Assembly (NCBI GenBank): GCA_047617785.1
Contig: JBLGBK010000002.1
Span: 58,605 to 122,604 of the forward strand
Direction: 5' to 3'
Length of the DNA: 64,000 nucleotides
Source of the DNA: Colwellia polaris
GTDB taxonomy: Archaea; Nanohalarchaeota; Nanosalinia; Nanosalinales; Nanosalinaceae
Part shown: in pieces, positions 1-9,780 of the stretch
Layout of the letters: each line of letters opens with the position of its first letter
Position numbering within the stretch: position 1 is the stretch's first letter
Notes under the pieces: model-generated
The model's input: only the letters and a program-made list of their open reading frames with translations
Databases searched by the model: none
What the model was told of the DNA's origin: nothing
Translations under genes and position numbers: made by a program

Positions 1-911
1 ATACTATCGACTTCATCGGCCAGGCGCATTACCACAGTCTTGCAGGCCTTTTCCATGACAAGGAGGAGTTCAGAAATCAACTTCAGAAGCACAGAGAAAT
101 GATAAAAGACATCTTCGGCGTGGAAACCAAAGTAATGACCAATACCGAGCTTATTTACCATAACGAGATAGGAAAAGTTGCTTCGGAGGAAGGTTTTGAC
201 GGGATATTTACAGAAGGCGTTCCACGAGTCTTAGGATGGCGCTCACCGAACCATAATTATACACAGCCCGATTTCGTCACGGAAGAGGGTAACAGCATCA
301 TGCTACGTAACCGTAAGCTGACAGATGACGTAGGATACCGCTTCTCTGCAGAATGGTGGGATGAATACCCTCTTACAGCTGAAAAATACGCTATGTGGCT
401 TTCAGCCGAGGAAGGTGATGTAATAAATCTCTTCATGGACTATGAGACTTTCGGAGAGCATCACTGGGAAGGAACTGGCATCTTATGGTTCCTAGAGGAT
501 CTCCCGAAGAAAATACTTGAACATGACAACATGGAGTTCATGAAGGTGCGTGAAGCCGCTCAGAAAGAGCCGGTCGGAGATTTCGATGCTTTCGAATACA
601 ACACAGTTTCGTGGGCAGATGAGGAGATGGATGCCTCTGCCTGGCTCGGAAATCCTGTGCAGAAGAAAATGTTCCAGAAGCTCCAGGAGCTAGAGCCTAA
701 AGTGAAAGAGCTAGATGACGAAGAGGTACTGGAAGTATGGAGAAAATTCCTGACCTCCGACCATCTGCATCATATCGCGACAAAGACTATGGACGACGGC
801 TCTGTTCACAACTATTTCTCATACTTCGATCATCCGCATCAAGGTTTCGCAGTTATCATGGATCACCTTATGGACTTCCAGGTTCAGGTAGAAAAACGGT
901 TAAGAAGTTGA
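1..911 (+). CDS. GH57 family alpha-amylase/glycoside hydrolase, 5'-partial (frame open from window start)
   Basis: Frame open upstream of 99 (TIDFIGQAHYHSLA). GH57 motifs NTEL, LRNRKLTDDVGYRFS, FMDYETFGEHH, SWAD..AWLGN, TSDH. Confidence 0.9.
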   Translation, partial: TIDFIGQAHYHSLAGLFHDKEEFRNQLQKHREMIKDIFGVETKVMTNTELIYHNEIGKVASEEGFDGIFTEGVPRVLGWRSPNHNYTQPDFVTEEGNSIMLRNRKLTDDVGYRFSAEWWDEYPLTAEKYAMWLSAEEGDVINLFMDYETFGEHHWEGTGILWFLEDLPKKILEHDNMEFMKVREAAQKEPVGDFDAFEYNTVSWADEEMDASAWLGNPVQKKMFQKLQELEPKVKELDDEEVLEVWRKFLTSDHLHHIATKTMDDGSVHNYFSYFDHPHQGFAVIMDHLMDFQVQVEKRLRS

Positions 912-931
912 GCGAGTGTTGAATTTCTTGG

Positions 932-1876
932 ATGGAAACAGAGAAAGTTGAGAAATGGCTGAAAGATAATTCAGAAGCTACGGGTCTTAAAGAATTCCAT
1001 ATAGAGGATTTAAGGCAAGGAGAGTCCAACCACAACTTTATAATTAATTCAGAAGGGAAAAAGTATGTTTTCAGAATTTCTAGAGAGATATCTCGGCGCA
1101 ATAGGTTGAAAAACGAGTATAAATCTCTCAAGCTGCTGAAGAAAGCTGGCATGGAGAATGTGCCCGAGCAAATTTTCTTCAGTCCCGATACCCAATTTGG
1201 CGCGGTACTTATCGAAAGCTTTGTCGGCGACAGCGATCTAGATAGAGCTGGAGAGCTAGAAAGCTTACAGATCAAAAAACTATCACAGCTCATGTCAAAA
1301 GCACATAAGATAAAACCCGAAGATTACAACCAGGTTTTCTCAAAGTCCAAAAGTAGCGAAAGAAGTCTGAAAGAGATCTACAGAGATGAATTTGACACAT
1401 GGTCACGAAAACCGTACAAAGAATATCTGGATATAGCCGAAGACCCTATAGAAGAACTTGAACACTACTTCAATAAACAGAAGAAGCTAGTCAACAGTTT
1501 CGAAGATGAGAAAGTCGATCAAAGATTTATACACTCTGATCTCGGCTTTAACATTCGTGCCAGCGATGATGAAGTGTTTATAGTCGACTGGGAATACGGT
1601 ACTGTAGGTTACCCAGGCCATGATATTATGATACTGTTTGAGCACGGCAAGTTCACCGAAATTCAGAGAGAAGAATTCTTGGCCGAGTACCGAAAACACC
1701 GGGATCTAGGAGACAAGTTTGAGAAGGTTAGAAAACTGCATCCAGGCTTCCTGGCATTTCACGATGCGGTCTGGGCAGCAAAGAGAGTTGAGCGAGAGGT
1801 GGAAAGAGAAGATCGTAGAAAGATGCTGGAGCGAAAGATGGAGAAACTGGAAACATTCTATAAAAACAGGACGTGA
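932..1876 (+). CDS. APH/choline-kinase-like phosphotransferase
   Basis: GESNHNF, YVFR, HSDLGFN and VDWE motifs of the APH kinase fold. Confidence 0.8.
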   Translation: METEKVEKWLKDNSEATGLKEFHIEDLRQGESNHNFIINSEGKKYVFRISREISRRNRLKNEYKSLKLLKKAGMENVPEQIFFSPDTQFGAVLIESFVGDSDLDRAGELESLQIKKLSQLMSKAHKIKPEDYNQVFSKSKSSERSLKEIYRDEFDTWSRKPYKEYLDIAEDPIEELEHYFNKQKKLVNSFEDEKVDQRFIHSDLGFNIRASDDEVFIVDWEYGTVGYPGHDIMILFEHGKFTEIQREEFLAEYRKHRDLGDKFEKVRKLHPGFLAFHDAVWAAKRVEREVEREDRRKMLERKMEKLETFYKNRT

Positions 1877-1886
1877 ATAAGTACCC

Positions 1887-2591
1887 ATGGCAGAAAAATT
1901 TATCGAAGTTGAAGATGGAGAAAAAGTTTCTGTAGCACATCATAAAGCAGATTCTGAAGAATGGATATTTTTCTGCCACGGTTATGGAACAGATAAAGAA
2001 GGTAGCTACGAGAAAAGAGCTGAAAGAGCAGCAGAAGAAGGTTTTAATGCAGTAAGATTTACTTTCCGAGGAAACGGAGATTCTGACGGAGATTTCATTG
2101 ACCAAAACTTGAGCTCTAGACTCCGAGATCTAAAATCAGTAATAGACTACTACCAGCCAGAAAAAATTATCCTCTTCGGAATGAGCTTCGGCGGCAAAGT
2201 TGTATTGCATGCGTTAGAAGACTTAGAAGTTGAATCAGTTGTTTTCAAGTCCCCCGTACTCTATAATTCCGAGATGGACAAGTTCAAAGAAGTCGTTGAA
2301 GAAAAAGGAAAGTACACTCATTTTGACGACAAAACTATTGACAAAAGATTCTTTGAGGATTTCGATAACTATTCTTTTCAAGAAGCCATCGAATCGATAG
2401 ATATGCCTGTTGCCCTATTCCACGGAGGCGATGACTCCACAGTCAAGTTCAAGAACACAGCAGACGCTGTGAAACACATGGATGCCGAAATCATGTTGAG
2501 AAAGTTCAAAGGAGAAACTCATTTCATGACCGCAGAAGCGGAAGAAAAACTTCTTGACGAAATGATGACTTGGCTGAAAAACCAAAACTAA
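1887..2591 (+). CDS. alpha/beta-fold hydrolase (esterase/peptidase-like)
   Basis: CHGY, GMSFGG nucleophile elbow, HGGDDSTV, C-terminal His. Confidence 0.85.
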   Translation: MAEKFIEVEDGEKVSVAHHKADSEEWIFFCHGYGTDKEGSYEKRAERAAEEGFNAVRFTFRGNGDSDGDFIDQNLSSRLRDLKSVIDYYQPEKIILFGMSFGGKVVLHALEDLEVESVVFKSPVLYNSEMDKFKEVVEEKGKYTHFDDKTIDKRFFEDFDNYSFQEAIESIDMPVALFHGGDDSTVKFKNTADAVKHMDAEIMLRKFKGETHFMTAEAEEKLLDEMMTWLKNQN

Positions 2592-3740
2592 TTATTCTAT
2601 ACCTAGTGCTCGCTTGTAGATGCCTGTCGTCCATGCGGAGATCTGTTCCCATCGGAAGTTGTCCTCTACACGTTCACGAGCATTGTCTCCTAGCCATTCT
2701 GTCCATTCCGGATCGTTCAGGCTTCTGGAGACCTGATGTTCAATTGAGGTAGAGTCAGCAGGGTACGTATGTAGACCTGTGTATTCATGAACTATTGTAT
2801 CCTTCATACCTCCAACATAACTTCCTACCGTGGCGGTTTCGCATGCTGCGGCTTCAAGAGGTACAATTCCGAATGGCTCGTATACTGATGGCGCGACAGT
2901 CATCTTGGCATTCTTCATCAAACCTATTAGGTCTTCATCAGATACGTAACCAGGGAAGTGAACTTTGTCGCCGACCTTGTTCTTTGCTATTCCTTTATAG
3001 TGTTCCGTGGCCCCGCTCCCCACCATTACAAACTTGGCTTCCGGATTATTATCTAGTATCTGTGGCATTGCTTCAATTAAATGTCCCGGACCTTTCTGAG
3101 GATACATACGGCCTACAAAAAGCACAATATTTTCCCAGTCCAGGGCATAGTCCCCTCGGTTGAGGTTCGCACTATGATTGTCGAATTTCTCCAGATCTAC
3201 ACCGTTCGGTATATAGTTCAGCTTATCATCAGGCACTTCAAATGTATGTCTTACCTCTTCAGAAAAATCGCGTCCGACTGTTATTATCTGATCTGCCTGA
3301 TATGTACCATACCATTCCAGATTGTGGATAGTCGACTGGTACTCCGAGTCGATTCCATCTCGTCCTTTCTGAGTTGAGTGAACCGTGAAAACCATCGGAA
3401 GATCTAAAGTATTCTTTATTCCTACAGAAGCAGGTACTGTCATCCAGTCGTGCGCATGCACTAAATCGAAGTCTTGATTCTTGGAGATTTCTATCGCTTT
3501 CTTCTCCATTTCATGCCCAAGATGCATCGACCAAGAAATAGTGTTGTCTGCTCTATCAGTACCTGTCAAACGGTGTATTTCCACGCCATCACGATACTCT
3601 ACCCCATCTTCAGTTCCATAAGTGATAACTACAGGGTCATGCCCCTGACTGGCCATAGTCGTAGCTAGGTCTTCACAGTGTGCAGCTATTCCTCCAGCCT
3701 TGATCGGCGGGTATTCCCAAGTAATGAAAAGCGGACGCAT
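2592..3740 (-). CDS. GT4 glycosyltransferase (glycogen-cluster associated)
   Basis: TWEYPP..GG, HAHDW, TVHST, PNGVD, SVYEPFGIVPLEA. Confidence 0.9.
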   Translation of the reverse strand: MRPLFITWEYPPIKAGGIAAHCEDLATTMASQGHDPVVITYGTEDGVEYRDGVEIHRLTGTDRADNTISWSMHLGHEMEKKAIEISKNQDFDLVHAHDWMTVPASVGIKNTLDLPMVFTVHSTQKGRDGIDSEYQSTIHNLEWYGTYQADQIITVGRDFSEEVRHTFEVPDDKLNYIPNGVDLEKFDNHSANLNRGDYALDWENIVLFVGRMYPQKGPGHLIEAMPQILDNNPEAKFVMVGSGATEHYKGIAKNKVGDKVHFPGYVSDEDLIGLMKNAKMTVAPSVYEPFGIVPLEAAACETATVGSYVGGMKDTIVHEYTGLHTYPADSTSIEHQVSRSLNDPEWTEWLGDNARERVEDNFRWEQISAWTTGIYKRALGIE

Positions 3741-3752
3741 AGTATTAACCAG

Positions 3753-4355
3753 TCAATTCTCTAGTTTTTTCTCTTGTTTAACAAGTTTTTTGTACTGATT
3801 TAAAACGTTTTTCTGCCATTCATCGGCGTAAGGGTCTATAACCTCGACTTTTTCATCTGGAGCATCCAAGTCAAACAACACCGAGTTTTTAGCGTCCTCT
3901 CCAGTAGTAATGACTTTATCGGCTTCATAGGCGCCTTGCCACTCTAGCTCAGAGATCATTTCGGAGAAATCCTCATTGAACCCTCGCATATTTTCCGTTG
4001 AATGTATTGTCAGTACGAGAGGTTTCTCAAATCTTTTTGCAAGCGTTACTCCTCCACTAACGGTTGTCCAGTCATGAACGTGTATAAGATCAAATTCACT
4101 CTCTCCAAGTTCCGTTGCCGGTTTCTTTAACTCATTGTTAAGTATCATAGACCAATTATAGATGTTGTCCCCCTCAAAATGTACTGGCACTCGTATAACA
4201 TCTACATCATCGTGTATACTGTAGTATGATCCGTCTTCAAACGATATTATCGTAGCTTCATGACCTTTCTCTACTAAATATTCCGCAAGATGCTTGACGT
4301 GTTCCGATACATCTTCACCATCACGGAAATCTTTCGAGAGAAACAGTACTTTCAC
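3753..4355 (-). CDS. Stand-alone GT4 N-terminal-domain protein
   Basis: HVHDW, TIHSTE and LEWQGAYEAD match the neighbouring GT4; the C-terminal EPFG nucleotide-sugar domain is absent. Confidence 0.75.
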   Translation of the reverse strand: MKVLFLSKDFRDGEDVSEHVKHLAEYLVEKGHEATIISFEDGSYYSIHDDVDVIRVPVHFEGDNIYNWSMILNNELKKPATELGESEFDLIHVHDWTTVSGGVTLAKRFEKPLVLTIHSTENMRGFNEDFSEMISELEWQGAYEADKVITTGEDAKNSVLFDLDAPDEKVEVIDPYADEWQKNVLNQYKKLVKQEKKLEN

Positions 4356-5506
4356 TCTAAATCACCTTTTTCAAATCTGTTTTGTAGCCCAAGCTTCTTG
4401 CTTGTTTCGACATCAGGCTGATTGAAAGGATTTACCTCTCGCAGCTCAGCTGACCTAACTGCCATCAATTGCAGGAAGGCAGTTAACTGGCCTGCTTCTT
4501 CTAGGCCCAACGAATCTAGCTCTAGATTAATATACGGCATTTTATGCTCCTCCAAAGCCTGTCTAACACCCTCATATTCCGATTTCAGCGCAGATTCGTA
4601 ATCTCTGCCTTCCCCAAGTTCACCGAGCTTTCTATCCCGTATATCAACTTCTTTCAAATCTTCCGGCACCCTCATCTCAGCATGTTTGTGGCTTGAGAGG
4701 TTGACGAACAGAGGTATTACGTTCTTCTTACCCCCAAACAATCTCTGATTTGTGTGATGCTGATATTCTGGCGCTAGGTCTCCATAAACTGTCTGTCCCT
4801 GCTTATCCTTGCAGACTGTTTCATGCATTAGCTGTACTAGAAGCGGATAATATCCGAAAAGCCGGGTAGAGTAAAAAGGTGTCAGAATTTCATTATAGCC
4901 GTTGTTTTCAGCTCGGTAAAGTGTTTTTGCGGCTCGATAGGGTTTCTCCGGATCAGCATATACTTTTTCTGCGCCTTTTCTAATTGGCTCTATGTCGATC
5001 CCTGCGAAATATACTGGCGTAAGAGCTGTTTCTACAGCGCCGGTAAATCTTCCTCCTATATCTGGATGTTCAACGAACTCTTTATCTCGTTCTTCTGCTA
5101 TTTGGCGTAATGCGCCATCATTATCTGATGTAACAGGAAGGAAGTCGTAGTCTCTGTCAAGAAAGTATAGAAGAGATTCGATTACGCCAACAGTTTGACC
5201 AGATTTGCTTATCGGCATCACCAGCGTATCTTTCTTAGATGTTGCTTGATCTAGTCTTTCCAGATAGTCAGGATCCATCGTGGTTACTATATGCACGTTT
5301 ACATCAGTTTCATCGATGAATGCATAGTAGTAGGCTCGGAAAGACGTTATTGAGCCGCCGTTACCTATAACAACGAGATTATCAAACTCTCGACCTTCCT
5401 TAAGTTGCTTTATCTTCTCTATATCAGGTTTATAGCTGGTATAAGCAGGAACCTCTGTTTTTGTTTCTTTTTCTTCGTCTATATTCTCTGTATCAATCTT
5501 TATCAT
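4352..5506 (-). CDS. pgi: glucose-6-phosphate isomerase
   Basis: VIGNGGS, ISKSGQT, IGGRF, VNPFNQPDVETSK. Confidence 0.85.
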   Translation of the reverse strand: MIKIDTENIDEEKETKTEVPAYTSYKPDIEKIKQLKEGREFDNLVVIGNGGSITSFRAYYYAFIDETDVNVHIVTTMDPDYLERLDQATSKKDTLVMPISKSGQTVGVIESLLYFLDRDYDFLPVTSDNDGALRQIAEERDKEFVEHPDIGGRFTGAVETALTPVYFAGIDIEPIRKGAEKVYADPEKPYRAAKTLYRAENNGYNEILTPFYSTRLFGYYPLLVQLMHETVCKDKQGQTVYGDLAPEYQHHTNQRLFGGKKNVIPLFVNLSSHKHAEMRVPEDLKEVDIRDRKLGELGEGRDYESALKSEYEGVRQALEEHKMPYINLELDSLGLEEAGQLTAFLQLMAVRSAELREVNPFNQPDVETSKKLGLQNRFEKGDLE

Positions 5507-7253
5507 TTTTCATCGCCATTTGATGTGCTTCTTTGTAGTTTTTACCTAGTTTCTCCCATGAAGTCATCTGCGCCAGTTTTCTGGCATTGTGCTTCCGTTC
5601 TGTTATTTCTGTCTTAGAGAACTGTACTATCTCTCTTATGGTATCGGCAAGTTTTTCAGTTGCCTCTCGATCATTTTTTCCATCTCTTTCTATAACTCTT
5701 ATTCCTTTCCTTTCTTCAGAATCGGTTTTCTCCTTCAGGAACTTGCCAAATCCTGCTAGGTCAGTAGTAACAGATAAGGCTCCGTTTGCCGCAGTCTCTA
5801 CAGGTGTATATCCCCATGGCTCGTAGTAGCTAGGGAATATTCCTGCGCTGGATGCTACCATTGCATCATTGTAGCTCATGGAGAGTAGTTTATCACCTAC
5901 TGAAAGATAAGTTGGATAGAAAACTACTTTGACTCTGTCCGATTCCCTGTTGCGTAGTCCCTTCTCGTATAAGCGTTCAAGTATATCGTCGTTATCGTAG
6001 TTCAGGTCAAATGCAGACATAGGTGGTTTCTGGCCTTTTTTGGCTCGGAAATTTCTTTCCAGCGACTTAATTTGAGGTGAACGGCTATTAAAAACATCCT
6101 CCATGCTTTCTAGAGGATCTTCTCCAGAAGTAACCGAATCTAGGATGCTTGATTTTATTTCAGGTACTGCATCCTCTATATGATCCTCTAGTTCTTCATA
6201 AAGCGATACATTCTCCAAAACCTCTAGCTTCTCTCCCTTTACATCTGAAGGCACGAAGAAGAATACAAAGAAGTCCTCTCCTTCCTCCTCATTAAGGTCG
6301 GCTAAAGCATCAATGAAAGTATCTATTCCTTTATTGTGGAATTCATAACGACCTGAGATAAACAGAATCCGAGGATCGCTCTCTAGTTCTACATCATAGT
6401 AGGGTTTGAAGTATGCTCTCAGGAACTCTATAACTTCTTTTTTCTTCCTAGTATGTTGATATGACAACTCTTCGAGACTTGGGAACTCTTCGACGTTAAA
6501 ACCGTTTGGTAGTATCTTGTCAGGTTCTACCCGTAGTACTGCTGATGCTTCCCGCCCTGTAGTATTACTTACTGTTGTAAATACGTCTGCTTCTTCAGCC
6601 GCTGTTTTTTCCATCTGATGTTTAGTTTTTACGCCGAATTCTTCTGCTTTACTTTGGTCGACGCTACCTCTTTCAACCGCAGCTTTAAGATCGTAGTCCG
6701 AGTTTGATAGAGCTCTTCCAAGCACTGTTGCATGAGTTGTAAATACTGTAGGTACGTCTGTCTCAAACATTGCGGGCGCAGATAGCCATTCATGTAGCTG
6801 AGTTACTGTTTCGCCTTCAAGCTTGTGATCCAGTTTATCTATAAGTTTGCCTACGGCATAGCTCCATTTCAAAGGCTCATCAAAGTCGTTTCCTGCATTC
6901 ATCGAATCTATACCGTATTCTTCCCATAGCCGAGATTTTATTTCATTTACATCTATGTCAGAGTTTTCTACATCGATAAGTATTGTTCTGGGGCTGCCTT
7001 TGATATTCCAGACACCATAATGACATTCAATGCCTAGTTCTTCTTCGAGTTCTTCAAAAATATAGCTGTACGGGTTTTCTTCTCTAGGGGCAAAGTCGGA
7101 CATTGCGTTTTCTTCGTTGTAGAAGCCAACTGCTAGGTATCCTTCACCGTAGTAGTCCTTCATCTTTGTGGACTTCGATTTCAGCACCTGGTATATTCCA
7201 CCGACCTTGTTAGATACTTCGAAAGATACTTCGATGAAATTATCGGGTGCCAT
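5493..7253 (-). CDS. glycogen synthase, GT3 (eukaryote/Bacteroidetes-type)
   Basis: EVSFEVSNKVGGIY, HEWL, TTHATVLGR, SGRYEFHNKG, PSYYEPWGYTP. Probable start MAPDNF at 7253. Confidence 0.9.
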   Translation of the reverse strand: MAPDNFIEVSFEVSNKVGGIYQVLKSKSTKMKDYYGEGYLAVGFYNEENAMSDFAPREENPYSYIFEELEEELGIECHYGVWNIKGSPRTILIDVENSDIDVNEIKSRLWEEYGIDSMNAGNDFDEPLKWSYAVGKLIDKLDHKLEGETVTQLHEWLSAPAMFETDVPTVFTTHATVLGRALSNSDYDLKAAVERGSVDQSKAEEFGVKTKHQMEKTAAEEADVFTTVSNTTGREASAVLRVEPDKILPNGFNVEEFPSLEELSYQHTRKKKEVIEFLRAYFKPYYDVELESDPRILFISGRYEFHNKGIDTFIDALADLNEEEGEDFFVFFFVPSDVKGEKLEVLENVSLYEELEDHIEDAVPEIKSSILDSVTSGEDPLESMEDVFNSRSPQIKSLERNFRAKKGQKPPMSAFDLNYDNDDILERLYEKGLRNRESDRVKVVFYPTYLSVGDKLLSMSYNDAMVASSAGIFPSYYEPWGYTPVETAANGALSVTTDLAGFGKFLKEKTDSEERKGIRVIERDGKNDREATEKLADTIREIVQFSKTEITERKHNARKLAQMTSWEKLGKNYKEAHQMAMKNDKD

Positions 7254-7363
7254 GTAAATTTGATAGAAAGCTCTCTGTATAAAAGCCACCTAAAACAAGG
7301 AGTGTTTGCCACTGAAAAGTTAATATGCATGTTTTATACCCGAATAACCTTCTAAATTTAGAT

Positions 7364-9148
7364 ATGGCCTACCATTTAAGAGAAGGATTCTCGGGACGAA
7401 CAGGTACAATATCGAACCTGAATGGCTTTCTATATAGAGACCTGGATACCGGTTTCAGCACTAAATGGTCAGGCTACTGGAACCCTCCCTACAAATATCT
7501 GGATTATCTTGCTGTGAAGATCAATGGAGTATGGCTAAACAAGAACACACTTGAAGGAGTGGACTACAGTTCAGACAAGATAGTTTTCTACCATGAAACA
7601 GAGTCACTAGCTGTGAAAGAAGTAGTCCGGACTCCAAAAAGATTTCCTGGTTTCAAAGTCGATCTAGAAGTTGATAACAAAACTGAAGATAGCAAAGCGG
7701 TTCTTGCAAAAGCAGAACTAGGTATAGATATCAGAAAACGCAACCAAGATATAGGCAATCAAGATTACAGCATTGAGAAAAACAATAACCGGTTTATAGT
7801 ATCAAATAGCGCTTCAAAGGCTATAATTTCAAGCGAAGAAGACTTTGAGCTTAATGGAGATCAGTACTTGAAAGAACATTATCCTGGAGAAAAACAGAAA
7901 TGCTTTATACCCGGAAAAATAGTTTTCAAGGAAGAAATAGCAGGACAGGAATCAGAGACCTTTTCAATAGAGGTAAAAACAGGAGAGGCTAGTTTCAAGG
8001 AAATTGAAGATCCGCAGCCGAAAGTTGAAGATCATGATATTGCACGACTGTTTAATACCAGTGTTTCTAGCATGAGACGTCTCGTCTACGATGAGGACGG
8101 ACTTGGAATCATAGCCGGTCACCCCTGGTTCCAGAACTTCTGGGGTCGCGACATGTTCTGGACATTACTCGGCTATATCGACGCCGGATTCTACGAGAGC
8201 AGCCATGAAATGCTAGAAAACTACGCAAAACAGAAAGGTTTCCCTACAAGGATTAAAGAAGATGAAAATGCAGATAGACAGGGCGCTGATGAGGCAGCTC
8301 TCTTCGTTATAGCTGCAGATAAACTAAGAAGACACTGGAAAATAAGTGGAGATATAGAGGAAAAGATGGGTGAAGGGATCAAAACTATCGAAACCGACGA
8401 AAAAGGCGTCGTCAATCATCATAAAGACGGTACCTGGATGGATACCCTGGAAAGAGAACAAGCTGTCGAAATACAGTCATTAAACCTGAAAGCTGCATCT
8501 ATAACAGATTCAGACAAGGAACAAGATCTAGAAAAAGGTTTGACAGAGTTTATTAGCTCAGATTACATAAAAGATACTATAAAGGGTAAGGAAAGAACAA
8601 TAAATCCGGTAATACCCCTCATGTTTAATCAAATAAAAGGGAAAGAAGCTGAAAAGGCTCTGGAAGTTATTAATGCCGAATTTAGTTCTCTATACGGTGC
8701 GAGGACTCGTTCCATGAGCGACCCTGGTTACGACTCTTCCGGATATCATACCGGAAGTGTGTGGGGTTTAACCACCGGATGGGCTGCAGCCGCCGATCTA
8801 GCAAACGGAAAATCAGGTCAGGGAGTTAACTTTCTTGAAAAGCTGGCACAGTACCTTGACAGGAACCAGTTAGGCGGCCTGCCGGAAGTTGTCGATGCTG
8901 AAAGCGGCGAGTTACTTGGATGCGGGGAGCAGGCATGGAGCGCAGGATTAGTCGCTCATGTTATAGACAGTTACTTGCTCGGAATGAGGGCGGAGAACGG
9001 GAAACTGATTATTGATCCATCTGGCGAAGTTACATGTGTTAGAAGGAACAAACGAGTGGGAGATAGCACAGTAGATCTAAAGTTTAAAGACGGAGAAGTC
9101 CAAATCCTAGATAACAACGGGGTAGATGTAGAGGTAAAGAATCAATGA
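7364..9148 (+). CDS. amylo-alpha-1,6-glucosidase (glycogen debranching enzyme family)
   Basis: AGHPWFQNFWGRD, TWMDT, YHTGSVW, GLPEV, QAWS. Probable start 7364 (track gives 7325). Confidence 0.85.
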   Translation: MAYHLREGFSGRTGTISNLNGFLYRDLDTGFSTKWSGYWNPPYKYLDYLAVKINGVWLNKNTLEGVDYSSDKIVFYHETESLAVKEVVRTPKRFPGFKVDLEVDNKTEDSKAVLAKAELGIDIRKRNQDIGNQDYSIEKNNNRFIVSNSASKAIISSEEDFELNGDQYLKEHYPGEKQKCFIPGKIVFKEEIAGQESETFSIEVKTGEASFKEIEDPQPKVEDHDIARLFNTSVSSMRRLVYDEDGLGIIAGHPWFQNFWGRDMFWTLLGYIDAGFYESSHEMLENYAKQKGFPTRIKEDENADRQGADEAALFVIAADKLRRHWKISGDIEEKMGEGIKTIETDEKGVVNHHKDGTWMDTLEREQAVEIQSLNLKAASITDSDKEQDLEKGLTEFISSDYIKDTIKGKERTINPVIPLMFNQIKGKEAEKALEVINAEFSSLYGARTRSMSDPGYDSSGYHTGSVWGLTTGWAAAADLANGKSGQGVNFLEKLAQYLDRNQLGGLPEVVDAESGELLGCGEQAWSAGLVAHVIDSYLLGMRAENGKLIIDPSGEVTCVRRNKRVGDSTVDLKFKDGEVQILDNNGVDVEVKNQ

Positions 9149-9780
9149 TAATAATCAATTTCAAGACATATCACAAAGCGACAGGTAAAGCAGCTGAAGA
9201 ACTAAACCAGAAAATAGAGAACGCCAGAAAACGCACAGATAAAGAAATAATAGTCTCACCATCTGCACCCGATCTAACCCGTATAGAATCTGATAACCTA
9301 TTCGCACAGCATATCGATCCTGTAAATCCTGGAAGCCATACCGGTCACATAACCATAGAAGCAGCAAAGGAGGCAGGCGCCACGGGGACCTTGCTCAACC
9401 ACTCAGAAAAACGTTTAGATAACGAAAAATTGAAAGAATCAGTAGCTATGGCAAAAGAAAAAGGTTTAACCACCGTCGTATGCGCCCAGGACCCTGAAGA
9501 ATGTGGTGAATACGCAGAGCTTGAACCAGACTACATAGCCTATGAGCCTCCAGAGCTTATAGGAGGAAATATATCTGTTTCTAGCTCCAAACCAGAACTG
9601 ATAGAAGAAGCAGTAGAAAAATCCGGGGAAATACCCGTTCTTACTGGAGCCGGTATCAAAGATAGAGAAGACGTGAAAAAAAGTATAGAGCTCGGTTGCG
9701 AAGGAATATTGGTAGCTTCCGGAGTAATAAAATCAGAAGACTCTTATGAAGCAGTACTTGACTTGTGTGAAGGACTATGA
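9145..9780 (+). CDS. tpiA: triosephosphate isomerase (archaeal type)
   Basis: NFKTY, GSHTG, LNHSE, AYEPPELIG, LVASG. Confidence 0.95.
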   Translation: MIIINFKTYHKATGKAAEELNQKIENARKRTDKEIIVSPSAPDLTRIESDNLFAQHIDPVNPGSHTGHITIEAAKEAGATGTLLNHSEKRLDNEKLKESVAMAKEKGLTTVVCAQDPEECGEYAELEPDYIAYEPPELIGGNISVSSSKPELIEEAVEKSGEIPVLTGAGIKDREDVKKSIELGCEGILVASGVIKSEDSYEAVLDLCEGL

